A stretch of 64,000 bases of DNA from Treponema pedis (GCF_017161325.1 NZ_CP045670.1:1107367-1171366), one strand, 5' to 3'; shown: positions 39,447-49,985, counted from the stretch's first letter. Notes: generated by a model not told the origin, from the letters alone. A program made the numbers and translations.

Positions 39447-40973
39447 TTGAAAAAAAACGGAACGGCTGAATTAAGCGGTATTTGTAAAACCTATAAAACC
39501 GAAAATAAAACTACCGGAGAAATTTTTACAAATACCGCATTAACCGATGTTAATATAAAGTTTTTCACTTCGGAAATACATGCCTTGCTGGGCGAAAACG
39601 GAGCGGGAAAGTCCACTCTTGTAAATATACTTTCAGGACTTATCCCTCCTACAGGCGGCTTAATTAAAATTGCAGATAAAACGTACTCTTTTAATTCTCC
39701 TAATGATGCCTTAAATGCCGGAATTGCAATCGTGCATCAGCAGCCCCGCCTTGCGGAAAATGCAACCGTTTTTGAAAATATAATTATCGGTGCTCCCAAA
39801 AAGAATATTTTTTCCGTCTTAAATATTAAAAGCGAAAAACAAAAAATTGAAGATTTAAAGTCGCTTTGGAAAGTACGGCTTAATTTAAATGAATGCGTAA
39901 AAAATCTTTCATCGGATAAGAAATTTTATACGGCAATGTTTTCGGCTCTTTATAGAAATCCCGCATTTTTAATCTTGGACGAGCCTGCCGCAGTTTTTTC
40001 AAAAAACGGGCGTGCCGAATTTTTTACTTTATTAAAAACCGTATGCAAAGAAAAAAGCTTGGGAGTTATTTTAATTACACATAATGTTTCCGATGCAATA
40101 AACGCTTCGGATAAAATTTCGGTTTTAAAAAACGGGAAACTGCACGGGACTTTTTTGACTTCCGTTTTAATCGAAAAGAACGGTGCGGAAGATTTTATAA
40201 AAGAAAAAATGTTTTTAAAAAAAACGTTTTTAAATTTACCGGATAAAAAAAACGGGGACACTCTGAAATCAAAGATAAGTTTTACGGTTTCTCTTTGTTT
40301 TAATAAAAACAAAATTCCTTTTGTAAATAATTTTAAGTTACAGGCAAAGCAGGGGAAAATTACAGGTGTTATAGGTTTTCCCAACAGCGGTTTGGAGCTT
40401 TTGGAAAATATTATTTCTGGTATGAGTAATGTACAAATGTTAATGGCAAAAGAAGATTCTAAAAATAATTTTATTGAAATAAACACATTAAACGGCAATA
40501 CAATTATTCCGATAAAAAAAATAACGCCTTCCGTTTTATTAAAACATAAAATCGCCTTTATTCCTTCCGACAGAAATTACAGGGCTTCAAATTCCGTATT
40601 AACTATAGAGGAAATTTTAAACTGCTATAATTTAAAAAAGAATTTTTTAAATAAACGGGAGTTTTCAGCCTTTGCGGAGAAAATTTTAAAAGAAGAAAAC
40701 ATAAATGCGGTACCGGGACGTCTTGCAGGAACTCTTTCAGGAGGTCAGCTTCAACGTATTATTTTATCCAGGGCTCTTTCGGAAAATCCTGAAATAATTA
40801 TTGCCTGTGAACCTGCATGGGGCTTGGACGCTGCAACTACGGAAATGTTAATGAAAAAATTTCATACGGTTGCAGAAAACGGAAAAACCGTTATAATTCT
40901 AACAAAAGAATTTGATACGGCTTTATATAAAAATTATTTTGATGCCGTATATTTTTTAGGACGCGAAGATTGA
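39447..40973 (+). CDS. ABC transporter ATP-binding protein, tandem NBDs (second NBD lacks Walker A lysine)
   Basis: TTG start; NBD1 GENGAGKSTL; NBD2 signature LSGGQLQRIILSRAL and Walker B IIACEP, but the P-loop is degenerate (GFPNSGLE). Confidence 0.8.
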   Translation: MKKNGTAELSGICKTYKTENKTTGEIFTNTALTDVNIKFFTSEIHALLGENGAGKSTLVNILSGLIPPTGGLIKIADKTYSFNSPNDALNAGIAIVHQQPRLAENATVFENIIIGAPKKNIFSVLNIKSEKQKIEDLKSLWKVRLNLNECVKNLSSDKKFYTAMFSALYRNPAFLILDEPAAVFSKNGRAEFFTLLKTVCKEKSLGVILITHNVSDAINASDKISVLKNGKLHGTFLTSVLIEKNGAEDFIKEKMFLKKTFLNLPDKKNGDTLKSKISFTVSLCFNKNKIPFVNNFKLQAKQGKITGVIGFPNSGLELLENIISGMSNVQMLMAKEDSKNNFIEINTLNGNTIIPIKKITPSVLLKHKIAFIPSDRNYRASNSVLTIEEILNCYNLKKNFLNKREFSAFAEKILKEENINAVPGRLAGTLSGGQLQRIILSRALSENPEIIIACEPAWGLDAATTEMLMKKFHTVAENGKTVIILTKEFDTALYKNYFDAVYFLGRED

Positions 40974-41072
40974 AAAAGGTAAGGCTGCCGGCTTCGGCTC
41001 CGGCATTTTTTTTTAGGTATATTTGTAATTATAATTCTCATTGCGGTTGCCGCAAAAAATCCCGCCGAGGCA

Positions 41073-42014
41073 TTGCGCGAATTTTTTATTACACCTTTTT
41101 CTTCAGTTTGGTATTTCGGAAATATGCTTAACAAGGCATCTCTTTTTTTACTTGCATCATGCGGGGCCTTATTTGCATTTAAATGCGGAAGTTTTAATTT
41201 AGGAGGTGAGGGGCAAATTTATTTTGCAGGTTTTTTAACTTCGCTTTTATTGCAAGAGGTTTGGAGTTGCGGCCCCTTTGTTCAGTTTACGGTTTCGTTG
41301 TTTACAGTGTTTATTTTAACCGCATTGATAGGTTTTATTTCAGGTATTTTAAAAAATAAATTTAATGCAAATGAGCTTTTAACTTCATTTTTACTTTCAA
41401 GCGCCGTTGTTCCCGTATTGAATTATTTAATAAGCGGACCGTTCAGAGATACCGACGGAAATCTTTTGGCAATGCCTTCAATTAATGATGAATTTAAATT
41501 AACTCTTTTTTTTCCGCCTTCGACATTAAATGTTTCGTTTATTTTTGCAATTATAATCGCCGTATTTTTTATCCTGTTTTTTTCAAAAACAAAGTACGGT
41601 TATCATTTAAATATTTCAGGTAAAGCTCCGGAGTTTGCAAAGTTTGCAGGTTTTTCCGCAAAGGCTCCGAGCCTTGCAGGTATGTCCGTTTCGTCCGGTA
41701 TGCACGGGCTTACGGGTTTTTTTGCAATAACGGGAACTTGGCATTTTTGTCATTTGGAATTTTCTTCGGGAATAGGCTGGGCGGCGCTTGCAATAGCTTT
41801 AATTGCAAAGCAAAACTTTTTTGCAATAATTCCTTCCGCTTTGTTGTATTCTCTTATCCAAAGCGCCTCGGATACGGCTGTAATGTCGGGAAGTTTATTT
41901 TTCGATACGGCGGTATTTTTACAAGCGGCCGTATTCTTTTTTATATCGGCGAATTTTTTTAATCTTAAATTGTATAAAAAGTTTTTATATCTTAAAATGA
42001 GGAAGTTAAAATGA
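41073..42014 (+). CDS. ABC transporter permease (BMP-system)
   Basis: Polytopic membrane protein. The frame is open from 40983 and the upstream ~30 codons encode a plausible first TM (FFLGIFVIIILIAVAAKNPAEAL) with no canonical start codon, so the true start is uncertain. Confidence 0.7.
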   Translation: MREFFITPFSSVWYFGNMLNKASLFLLASCGALFAFKCGSFNLGGEGQIYFAGFLTSLLLQEVWSCGPFVQFTVSLFTVFILTALIGFISGILKNKFNANELLTSFLLSSAVVPVLNYLISGPFRDTDGNLLAMPSINDEFKLTLFFPPSTLNVSFIFAIIIAVFFILFFSKTKYGYHLNISGKAPEFAKFAGFSAKAPSLAGMSVSSGMHGLTGFFAITGTWHFCHLEFSSGIGWAALAIALIAKQNFFAIIPSALLYSLIQSASDTAVMSGSLFFDTAVFLQAAVFFFISANFFNLKLYKKFLYLKMRKLK

Positions 42015-42880
42015 GCGGTTTAATTTCTGCAATTCTTAAAATTTCAGCACCGCTTTTGTTTGCGGTAACCGGAGCTCTTATTACGGAATATTCAGGCGCT
42101 CTTGCCGTTTTTATGGAAGGAGCGATTATTCTTTCGGCTTTTTTTTGTACGCTATTTACAATTATTTCAGGCTCTCAAATTTTAGGATTTATTTTTGCTT
42201 CCGTTTTAACCTCGCTGATTCTTTTTGCTTTAGCCTTATTTACATTTAAAACAAAAGCAAATCCTTTTTTAACGGGGCTTTCTTTAAATCTTTTCGCGGC
42301 AGGTTTTGTTCCCTGGGCTTCCGAATTGTTTTTATCGAAGCGGGGTGTTATTTCCTTTGAAGAATTTTTAAGCACGCATAACTTTGTACCCGTAAATAAT
42401 TTTTTCCCGTTTTTTACGGCTTTATTTTTTTCCGTTCTATTGTTTTTATTTTTAAAGTTTACTTCTTCAGGAATTAGTTTAAAATATTCCGGGGAAGCTC
42501 CTGAAGTGTTAACGGCACGGGGAGAAAATTGCGAAAAATATAAAGTGCTTTCATGGACGGCAGCGGGTTTTTTTTCCGCTTGTGCGGGAGCCGTTCTCGT
42601 ATTCCGTCTTGCAGCTTATACGCCCAATATCAGTGCGGGAAGAGGCTGGACGGCGCTTGCCGCGGTTTTTTTAGGTAATAAAAATCCGCTTTTTTGCGCC
42701 GCCGCAGTGTTGATATTTTCTTCCGCAGAATATGCGGTAAATATTATGCAAGGGTCTTTTAAAATACCGTCCGGCATTTTACTGTCGTTCCCTTACGTTA
42801 TTGCGTTGATTTTATTCATAATTTCGCATGCGGTGAAAAAACGGAGGCTTATTTTATACAATGCAGATAGCATTGTATAA
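42011..42880 (+). CDS. ABC transporter permease (BMP-system, second subunit)
   Basis: 289 aa polytopic; ATGA overlap with the upstream permease. Confidence 0.75.
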   Translation: MSGLISAILKISAPLLFAVTGALITEYSGALAVFMEGAIILSAFFCTLFTIISGSQILGFIFASVLTSLILFALALFTFKTKANPFLTGLSLNLFAAGFVPWASELFLSKRGVISFEEFLSTHNFVPVNNFFPFFTALFFSVLLFLFLKFTSSGISLKYSGEAPEVLTARGENCEKYKVLSWTAAGFFSACAGAVLVFRLAAYTPNISAGRGWTALAAVFLGNKNPLFCAAAVLIFSSAEYAVNIMQGSFKIPSGILLSFPYVIALILFIISHAVKKRRLILYNADSIV

Positions 42881-42968
42881 AAACGCTGTCGAGTTTGCCT
42901 TTCGACAAACATCGGATATTATATGCCGTTTTTCAGCTTCGCTTGTTTATTTTATAGGGACGTAGAGC

Positions 42969-44348
42969 TTATACCAAATGTTTTTTTAAAATACGGATAG
43001 CCATTCCGGGATTTTCCGTTGCTAAAAGTCCCATTGCGGACAAGATATATTCTTTATCCAAAAGGAATTTGGGATTTTTAGGTTTTAAACTGAACGGATT
43101 GTCTTCACGGAAAGTACAGGCTTTCATAATTTCCGTATAATTAGGGTTGTAAACTAAAATACCGCCGGTACCTATTATGTAAGGCAGCTTTGTTAAATCC
43201 TTCCCTTCTTGTTGAAAACTTGCACCGCAGCCCGTATAAACGGGAGTTAAAGTTCCTACATGGCGACTCATAGAAACATCGGCGCAAACCTTTGCAACCG
43301 CACAATCAAAAGCCATATCTTTTTCGGTTTGTGAAATAAAATCGGTGTGCTCATTCCGTTTTTTTACTTCTTCTTCGATATTGAATTTATATTCTTTCGG
43401 AAGATAATGACGAAGTCCGTGCGGGCCTGAAACTTCGGCTACTGTGGGAAGAGAGTAGCGCATACCGAGGTCTCCTTCTACGGTACGTTTTAAAAACGCT
43501 TCCGGAAGCCCGTATAAAAAAACCGAGCCTTGAGTAGGGTCTCCGTCCGCCGCGGAATGAACATCGGTCGTAGCTCCTCCTATATCGAGAATAACCAAAT
43601 CGCCAAGACCGTCTTCCTCATCCGTTCCTTCGGAAAGTACTTGTGCCGCTTTTAACACGGCGGCAGGTGTCGGCATGAGAATATTATCAATTGATTTTTC
43701 AACATGCGACATTCCCTTTGCATGAATAATATTATGCATAAAAATATCGCGTATCGTTTCTCTGGCACTTTCAACATTCAGTTTATTTATTTTAGGCATT
43801 ACATTTTCGGCAATACGGTACTTAACCTTATCTTTAAAAACTGCAATAATTTCATCTTCGGCGCTTTTATTTCCCGCAACAACTACGGGAACTTTTACAC
43901 CGTAATCGGCAAGCATTTTTGCATTATGTGTTATGCACCTGCTGTCGCCTCCGTCCGTTCCGCCTGCAAGTAAAATAATATCGGCATTGGAATTGACGAT
44001 TTCTTCCGCTTCGCCGTTGTTTAAATTATGGCTGTAAGTATGGATAACTTTTGCTCCCGCTCCGAGAGCGGCGCGTTTTGCAGCTTCGCTTGTAAGTTCG
44101 GGAACAAGACCGATTGCAATTATTTTTAATCCGCCTGCTGCGGAAGAACATGCAAGACTTTTTACTACAGTGTAATCCGTGCCGGTTTTTTCGTGCAAAA
44201 GATTTATTGCATTTTTATAACCTATCATTACATCGGTTTCTACGGTCGTATAAGCCTTTGCCGTTCCCACTATTTCTTCTTTATCGGCATCTACAAGTGT
44301 AATTTTTGTATTTGTACTTCCGAAATCGACAAATAAATAACAGTTCAC
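42969..44348 (-). CDS. glmL: glutamate mutase accessory protein GlmL/MutL (ASKHA-fold ATPase)
   Basis: 459 aa; N-terminal LFVDFGSTNTKITLVD and a second ILDIGGATTDVHS actin-like ATPase motif; immediately downstream of glmS on the same strand. Confidence 0.65.
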   Translation of the reverse strand: MNCYLFVDFGSTNTKITLVDADKEEIVGTAKAYTTVETDVMIGYKNAINLLHEKTGTDYTVVKSLACSSAAGGLKIIAIGLVPELTSEAAKRAALGAGAKVIHTYSHNLNNGEAEEIVNSNADIILLAGGTDGGDSRCITHNAKMLADYGVKVPVVVAGNKSAEDEIIAVFKDKVKYRIAENVMPKINKLNVESARETIRDIFMHNIIHAKGMSHVEKSIDNILMPTPAAVLKAAQVLSEGTDEEDGLGDLVILDIGGATTDVHSAADGDPTQGSVFLYGLPEAFLKRTVEGDLGMRYSLPTVAEVSGPHGLRHYLPKEYKFNIEEEVKKRNEHTDFISQTEKDMAFDCAVAKVCADVSMSRHVGTLTPVYTGCGASFQQEGKDLTKLPYIIGTGGILVYNPNYTEIMKACTFREDNPFSLKPKNPKFLLDKEYILSAMGLLATENPGMAIRILKKHLV

Positions 44349-44354
44349 CTTAAT

Positions 44355-44780
44355 TTACGCTCTTGCACTTTCAGGAAAATCGGCGTGTAAATCGTTAATG
44401 GTGGTTTCCACGGAAGTTCCCGGAGGATATACATGGTCAAAGCCCATGGCTTCAAATCTTTTTTTTACTTCCGTAAAATCCTGTTTGCCTACTACAATGT
44501 TTCCGCCGACATAAAGCTTAATACCCTTTAAACCCGCTTCGTCGCATTTTTCGCGTAAACCCTTGCAATCCAATTCTCCTTGCCCGTAAAGGGAAGAAAC
44601 TAAAATTGCATCTGCATTTGTTTCCAGTGCGGCATTTATAAAATCCTCTTGCGGGCTTAAAACACCTATATTGACCACCTCAAAGCCGGCTTCCGTTAAT
44701 GAGTAGTCTAAAATTTTATTTCCTACAGCATGACAATCCGAGCCGATTACACCCAGAACAAGTTTCGTTTTTTTTGCCAT
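44355..44780 (-). CDS. glmS: methylaspartate (glutamate) mutase S subunit, B12-binding
   Basis: 141 aa; [18 protein letters not shown] with the DxHxxG cobalamin-binding motif; whole-length MutS/GlmS pattern. Confidence 0.8.
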   Translation of the reverse strand: MAKKTKLVLGVIGSDCHAVGNKILDYSLTEAGFEVVNIGVLSPQEDFINAALETNADAILVSSLYGQGELDCKGLREKCDEAGLKGIKLYVGGNIVVGKQDFTEVKKRFEAMGFDHVYPPGTSVETTINDLHADFPESARA

Positions 44781-44941
44781 TTCCGACTCCTAAATTTATC
44801 GTGTAAAATCAGTGTATTACTAAAAACGGAAAGTGTCAAGATATGAAAAATTTACGTATAATAAGCCGACATATTGAATAAAAAATAGTATAAGTGTACA
44901 CTATAACGATACTAAAATATTTTATATAAAGGATAACCTTA

Positions 44942-45463
44942 ATGAAAAATATAAAAATTAATTTTGATGTTTTGGAAATGATGGTTTTCTTTTGGGAAAG
45001 CGTTGCTTCAAAAGATAAAATCAGTGATGATTATTTTGTAAGCGTTGCCGAAAAGCCTCAAATGGAAGTAGTTTACGGAGAAGGATTTTCTAAAGATTCC
45101 GTTCGGAGGGTTCTTTCCGCCATCTCCAACAGAGAGCGTCTAAATGACCGCACACAGCAGGAAAGCCGTTTTTGGAATAACAATATGTGGATTTTGGAAG
45201 ATTTACAGACAATGCACAATATGATGGCTCCGATAAAAACTTTAAACTTAAAAGAGTTTATAGAAAAATATAAAGACAACAAATATGAAGAAATCGAAAT
45301 TATTTTTATTCCCGCTCATACGGAAGAGTATTACATAAAAGACAATAAACTTTATATCAATTTTTTTAAATTGATACCTAACTGCGATAATCCTACGGAT
45401 ATAAAAATTGCAGGTATGGAATTAAAAGAATATATAGACAAAAAAATAGCTGAAGCGGTTTAA
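44942..45463 (+). CDS. hypothetical protein (no recognisable domain)
   Basis: 173-aa ORF with plausible spacing upstream of an ABC exporter; family not recognised. Confidence 0.45.
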   Translation: MKNIKINFDVLEMMVFFWESVASKDKISDDYFVSVAEKPQMEVVYGEGFSKDSVRRVLSAISNRERLNDRTQQESRFWNNNMWILEDLQTMHNMMAPIKTLNLKEFIEKYKDNKYEEIEIIFIPAHTEEYYIKDNKLYINFFKLIPNCDNPTDIKIAGMELKEYIDKKIAEAV

Positions 45464-45525
45464 GATTTATAAGGTCTTCCGGTACTGTTTTTACGGTGCC
45501 GGAATTTATTTAAAGGGGGACGTAA

Positions 45526-47328
45526 ATGAGTGTTAAACGGCAGGAAAGTATCAAATACGGAATATTAAGCAATATTTTATTTATGCTTAAAAATGCTCAT
45601 CTTTATTGTAAAAGCGTTTACCTTCTAATTATTTTTGAAGCTTTTTTTTATGCTGCGGATAATGTTTTAAGTATATTTTTATTGCCGTCAATTTTAACTT
45701 TAATTCAAAATGGAGGCGGCGTACAGCCTCTTTTTAAAACTATAGTTTTATTTTCTTCCGGTATTGTTTTATGTAAAGGTTTTTTAGGCTATATCGAAAC
45801 AAACTCTCTTTTCGGAAGGGTGGAAATTAGAAGCCGCCTTGTTTTTTTACTCGGTAAAAAAGCGATGACAACATCTTATAATAATTTATATAAAGAAGAT
45901 TTTATCAATCATAAAAATAAGGCAATGCAAACTACGGACAGCAACAGTGAAGCCTGTGAAGCAATTTGGGATACTCTGTCAAGTCTTTTAAAATATATAT
46001 CAGGTTTTTTAATTTATATTATTTTGCTTTCTTCAATAAATTTTAAAATAATTGCGGCGGTACTTTGTACTTCCGTTATAAGTTTTATATTAACAAATGC
46101 GGTAAACACTTGGAAGTATAAAAATAAATCGGAAGAGGAAAAACATATTACAAAACTTCATTATATTACCGAGTGTAGTAAAAGTAAAGAGTTCGCAAAA
46201 GATATACGTATGTTCGGCATGCAAAATTGGTTTAAAGAGTTATACCTTAAGCATCTTAAACTTTATATGTATTTCCAATTAAAAGGAGAAATACGTTATT
46301 TTTTTGCAGACCTTTCAGATATTATTTTAACCGCATTAAGAAACGGCCTTGCTTATTATTGGCTTATTTCCTCAGTAATAAAAAATGCCTTAAGTATTCC
46401 GCAATTTATTTTATACTTTACGGCGGTAACGGTTTTTACTCAATGGATTATGGAAATATTAAATACGGTTTCAACCTTGCATAAACAGTCATTGGAGATT
46501 TCCTGTTTTCGGGAGTTTCTTGAATATAAAGAAGATTTTTTATTTGCAAAGGGTGAAGAGCTTCCCGTTTTAAAAGAAAATACAGTCGAACTTCAAAATA
46601 TAACCTTCCGTTATTCGGAAAACGGTACTTGCATTTTAGATAATTTTAATTTAAAGATTAAGCCGAAAGAAAAACTTGCAATAGTCGGATTAAACGGCGC
46701 GGGTAAAACTACATTGGTAAAACTTATTACGGGGCTTTACGACCCTAATGAAGGCAGGGTTTTATTTAACGGAAAAGATATAAAAACTTTTACCCGCAGT
46801 GAATATTATAAGTGTTTTAGCGCGGTATTCCAAGAGTTTTCAATTTTACCTGCCCCTATTTTTGTTAATGTTGCACAAGCTGAAGAAAGCGCCGATAAAA
46901 ACAAAGTTAAAGAATGTTTAGAACTTGCAGGTCTTTTAAAAAAGGTTTGCTCGTTACCTGATAAAGAAGACACGCGCCTTTGTAAAGATATTTTTTTCGA
47001 TGCGGCGGAATTATCCGGAGGAGAAATTCAAAAACTGTTATTGGCGAGGGCTCTTTATCAAGATAGACCTTTTTTAATTTTAGATGAACCTACCGCCGCC
47101 CTTGACCCCGTTACCGAACAGGAAATATATTCCAATTTTAACGGAATGGTAAAAGATAAAACTTCCGTTTTTATTTCACATCGTCTTTCTTCATGTAAAT
47201 TTTGCGATGAAATTATAGTTTTCGATGAAGGGCAAATCGTTCAACACGGGACCCATGAAGAACTTGTAAAAGATACGAACGGCGTATATAAAACTTTATG
47301 GGATTCGCAGGCCCGGCATTATTTATAA
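45526..47328 (+). CDS. ABC transporter permease/ATP-binding protein (exporter)
   Basis: 600 aa; Walker A GLNGAGKTT, signature LSGGEIQK, Walker B FLILDEPT. Confidence 0.85.
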   Translation: MSVKRQESIKYGILSNILFMLKNAHLYCKSVYLLIIFEAFFYAADNVLSIFLLPSILTLIQNGGGVQPLFKTIVLFSSGIVLCKGFLGYIETNSLFGRVEIRSRLVFLLGKKAMTTSYNNLYKEDFINHKNKAMQTTDSNSEACEAIWDTLSSLLKYISGFLIYIILLSSINFKIIAAVLCTSVISFILTNAVNTWKYKNKSEEEKHITKLHYITECSKSKEFAKDIRMFGMQNWFKELYLKHLKLYMYFQLKGEIRYFFADLSDIILTALRNGLAYYWLISSVIKNALSIPQFILYFTAVTVFTQWIMEILNTVSTLHKQSLEISCFREFLEYKEDFLFAKGEELPVLKENTVELQNITFRYSENGTCILDNFNLKIKPKEKLAIVGLNGAGKTTLVKLITGLYDPNEGRVLFNGKDIKTFTRSEYYKCFSAVFQEFSILPAPIFVNVAQAEESADKNKVKECLELAGLLKKVCSLPDKEDTRLCKDIFFDAAELSGGEIQKLLLARALYQDRPFLILDEPTAALDPVTEQEIYSNFNGMVKDKTSVFISHRLSSCKFCDEIIVFDEGQIVQHGTHEELVKDTNGVYKTLWDSQARHYL

Positions 47329-47340
47329 GGATTTTGATAA

Positions 47341-49092
47341 ATGGATAAACTTTTTCAAAAAAAATTAAAACGTCTTAAAACAAAATTAAAAAAAATCGGA
47401 CTTGAAAAAAAAGTTAATCTTTCCATTGATTTTAATTCCGTTGTTTTAACGGGAGACGTTTCTTCAATTGAGGAAAGAACTCTTGCAGGGTATGCCGCCG
47501 CCCGTTTCGGCTTTAAGGGAGTTGTAAACGATTTAACCGTAAACGGAAAAGGCGAAGAGCCTATGAGCCTTCCTTTAAGCGGCGGGAATTTTTTGCAAGA
47601 TAAAAAATTCGACGTTGTTATAATAGGAGGCGGGGTTATAGGCTGTGCAATTGCAAGAGAGCTTTCACGCTTTGATTTAAAAATTGCAGTAATTGAAAAA
47701 GAAAGCGATGTTGCAATGCAAGCTTCAAGTCATAACGACGGAATGATTCATCCGGGTTTTGCGGATAATCCTAAAAAGAAAAAAGGCAAGCTGAATACAC
47801 GCGGGAACCGTATGTATACAAAGGTGTCGGAGGAACTCGGTTTTGAAATAAACCGCTGCGGAAGTTTTCTGTTATTCTACACTCCTTTTTTAATTCCTCT
47901 TGTTCCTCTTATGAAATTGAGATGTAAATTAAACGGTGTTGACGGCGATTACGGTTACCGCTCCCGCTCCCAAATAAAAAAAACGGACCCGTATATGACC
48001 GATAAAAATTACGGAGGCTTTTGGCAGCCTTCTGCGGGAGTGGCATCTCCTATGCAAGTAACAATTTGCTATGCGGAAAATGCGGCTCAAAACGGAGTTG
48101 AGTTTTATTTTGATACGGCTGTTATCGGAATGAAGAAAACCGGTAATTTAATTTCGCAAGTGGTAACTACTTCAGGAACTTTCGACGCGGCTCTTGTTAT
48201 AAATGCCGCAGGCGTATGGGCGGATAAGGTTGCAGGTTTTGCGGGAGACCGATTTTTTTCAATTCACGGAAGAAAGGGAACGGACGCAATTTTAGATAAA
48301 CGTTTAGCCGGTATGCAAAAAACAAGCTCCGCAATGCCCAGTCTTTTAAAATTAAAAAAAGGGCATTCAAAGGGCGGAGGCATTATGCCTTGCGTAGAAG
48401 GGAATTTGTTAATAGGGCCTAATGCAATTGAAGTTATGAACCGTGAAGATTTTTCTACAAATATCGAAGCATTTAGCGATATAAAAAAACATTTAAACTT
48501 AAATGAAAAAGTTTCCGCTTCGGATATTATTACGTATTATAGCGGAGTGCGAGCATGTACTTGGGAAGAAGATTTTATAGTTGAAGCTTCGGAGCGTGTG
48601 GAGAATCTTGTACATGCGGCAGGGATTCAGTCTCCGGGTTTTGCCGCCGCTCCTGCAATTGCGGAAGACATTGTAAATATTTCCGTTTCGATTTTAAAAA
48701 AGAAAATGAAAGTGAACTTAAACAAAAATTTCAACCCGATACGTTCCGTCTCGAAACCTGTTGCCCGTCTTTCTTCCGAAGAGCGGCAAAAAATGATAGA
48801 AAGAAATCCTCTGTACGGAAAAATTATTTGTCGCTGCGAAGAAGTCAGTGAGGGTGAAATTCGCGATGCTGTAAATAATGTTTTAAACGTCGTTACCCTT
48901 GACGGAATTAAAAGAAGGGTTAGGGCCGGTTCGGGAAGATGTCACGGCGGGTTTTGCACACCGTACATTTTAAAGATAATATCCGAAGAAAAAAATATCG
49001 GAATTGAAAGTATTACAAAAAAAGGAAAAGGCTCGGAGCTTGTACAGCCTATAGAAGGGTTTGTACCCTTTGAAGGAAACAAAGAAATTTAA
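47341..49092 (+). CDS. FAD-dependent oxidoreductase (GlpA/L-2-hydroxyglutarate-oxidase-like) with an N-terminal BON domain and a C-terminal BFD-like [2Fe-2S] domain
   Basis: Rossmann motif VVIIGGGVIGCAIAREL; N-terminal NLSIDFNSVVLTGDVSSIEERTLAGYAAARFGFKGVVNDLTV fits the BON consensus; C-terminal ICRCEEVSEGEIRDAV...GSGRCHGGFC is BFD-like. Confidence 0.7.
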   Translation: MDKLFQKKLKRLKTKLKKIGLEKKVNLSIDFNSVVLTGDVSSIEERTLAGYAAARFGFKGVVNDLTVNGKGEEPMSLPLSGGNFLQDKKFDVVIIGGGVIGCAIARELSRFDLKIAVIEKESDVAMQASSHNDGMIHPGFADNPKKKKGKLNTRGNRMYTKVSEELGFEINRCGSFLLFYTPFLIPLVPLMKLRCKLNGVDGDYGYRSRSQIKKTDPYMTDKNYGGFWQPSAGVASPMQVTICYAENAAQNGVEFYFDTAVIGMKKTGNLISQVVTTSGTFDAALVINAAGVWADKVAGFAGDRFFSIHGRKGTDAILDKRLAGMQKTSSAMPSLLKLKKGHSKGGGIMPCVEGNLLIGPNAIEVMNREDFSTNIEAFSDIKKHLNLNEKVSASDIITYYSGVRACTWEEDFIVEASERVENLVHAAGIQSPGFAAAPAIAEDIVNISVSILKKKMKVNLNKNFNPIRSVSKPVARLSSEERQKMIERNPLYGKIICRCEEVSEGEIRDAVNNVLNVVTLDGIKRRVRAGSGRCHGGFCTPYILKIISEEKNIGIESITKKGKGSELVQPIEGFVPFEGNKEI

Positions 49093-49127
49093 AAATAAAT
49101 TTCCGCCTGCGCAGTACAAGTTCTTTT

Positions 49128-49985
49128 TTATATTTGTTTTACAATCCAATGCTTGGGATACTTCTTTTTTAACTCTTTATATTTTTGTTCTTTTAATTTC
49201 GGGTCATTTTCGAGTTGCCATGAATATACCTTAAACGGAATGAATTCTGGAAATGTGTCTATAAGAGTAGGTAACAGTTCGATAACATATTCTTTATTTT
49301 TTATTCCCAAATTCTCTTCCAATGCCCATAAAAATATGAGAGGATGAGCCGTTTCAAGTTTGAATCTGTAAAGGTATTCTAAAAGTACATTTTGCACATT
49401 GGTATAATTAAGATAGTGATTTTTTTGTGAGTTATATCCGTAATATAAGCATATACCGTAAATAAGGTCTCTGTTTTCGGTATCGATATTTACGGCAAGT
49501 TCAAAATTTTCTTTTATAAGTTTATTTAGTTTACCGCTTTCGTAAGGATTATCGTTGCCGTTAAAAATATCGTAAAAACTATTTAAAATTTTATCAACGT
49601 TATTTTTTTCACTTTTTTTTGTATGGTTTGAAAGGGATAAAACCCACAAAGGGATAACAGGACTGTGCGATATGATTTGTATTGTGCCGTCTCCGTTCAT
49701 ATCTAAAAAGAAAAGTTCTTGACCTTTTTCGTATCGGCTAACTCCTATGAGCTGTCCGCCTGCAAATAAAAAATTTGTATCTTTTTCGGAAGGTGTTTCC
49801 TGATAGCTTTTTACTTCTAAAGTCCCCTCAGGCATATCAAAGATTTTCGCTATTTTTATTGTATGTTTAGGGGGACTTTTTTTAATTCCCGATATGACAT
49901 CTCCTACATTAAAATAATGATTTTGTGCTGTAAGTGCCGTTATTACAAAACATAAGATAAGTTTAATAAAAATGCGTTTATTCAT
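49128..49985 (-). CDS. secreted hypothetical protein (signal peptide)
   Basis: 285 aa; N-terminal MNKRIFIKLILCFVITALTA signal; no family recognised. Confidence 0.5.
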   Translation of the reverse strand: MNKRIFIKLILCFVITALTAQNHYFNVGDVISGIKKSPPKHTIKIAKIFDMPEGTLEVKSYQETPSEKDTNFLFAGGQLIGVSRYEKGQELFFLDMNGDGTIQIISHSPVIPLWVLSLSNHTKKSEKNNVDKILNSFYDIFNGNDNPYESGKLNKLIKENFELAVNIDTENRDLIYGICLYYGYNSQKNHYLNYTNVQNVLLEYLYRFKLETAHPLIFLWALEENLGIKNKEYVIELLPTLIDTFPEFIPFKVYSWQLENDPKLKEQKYKELKKKYPKHWIVKQI

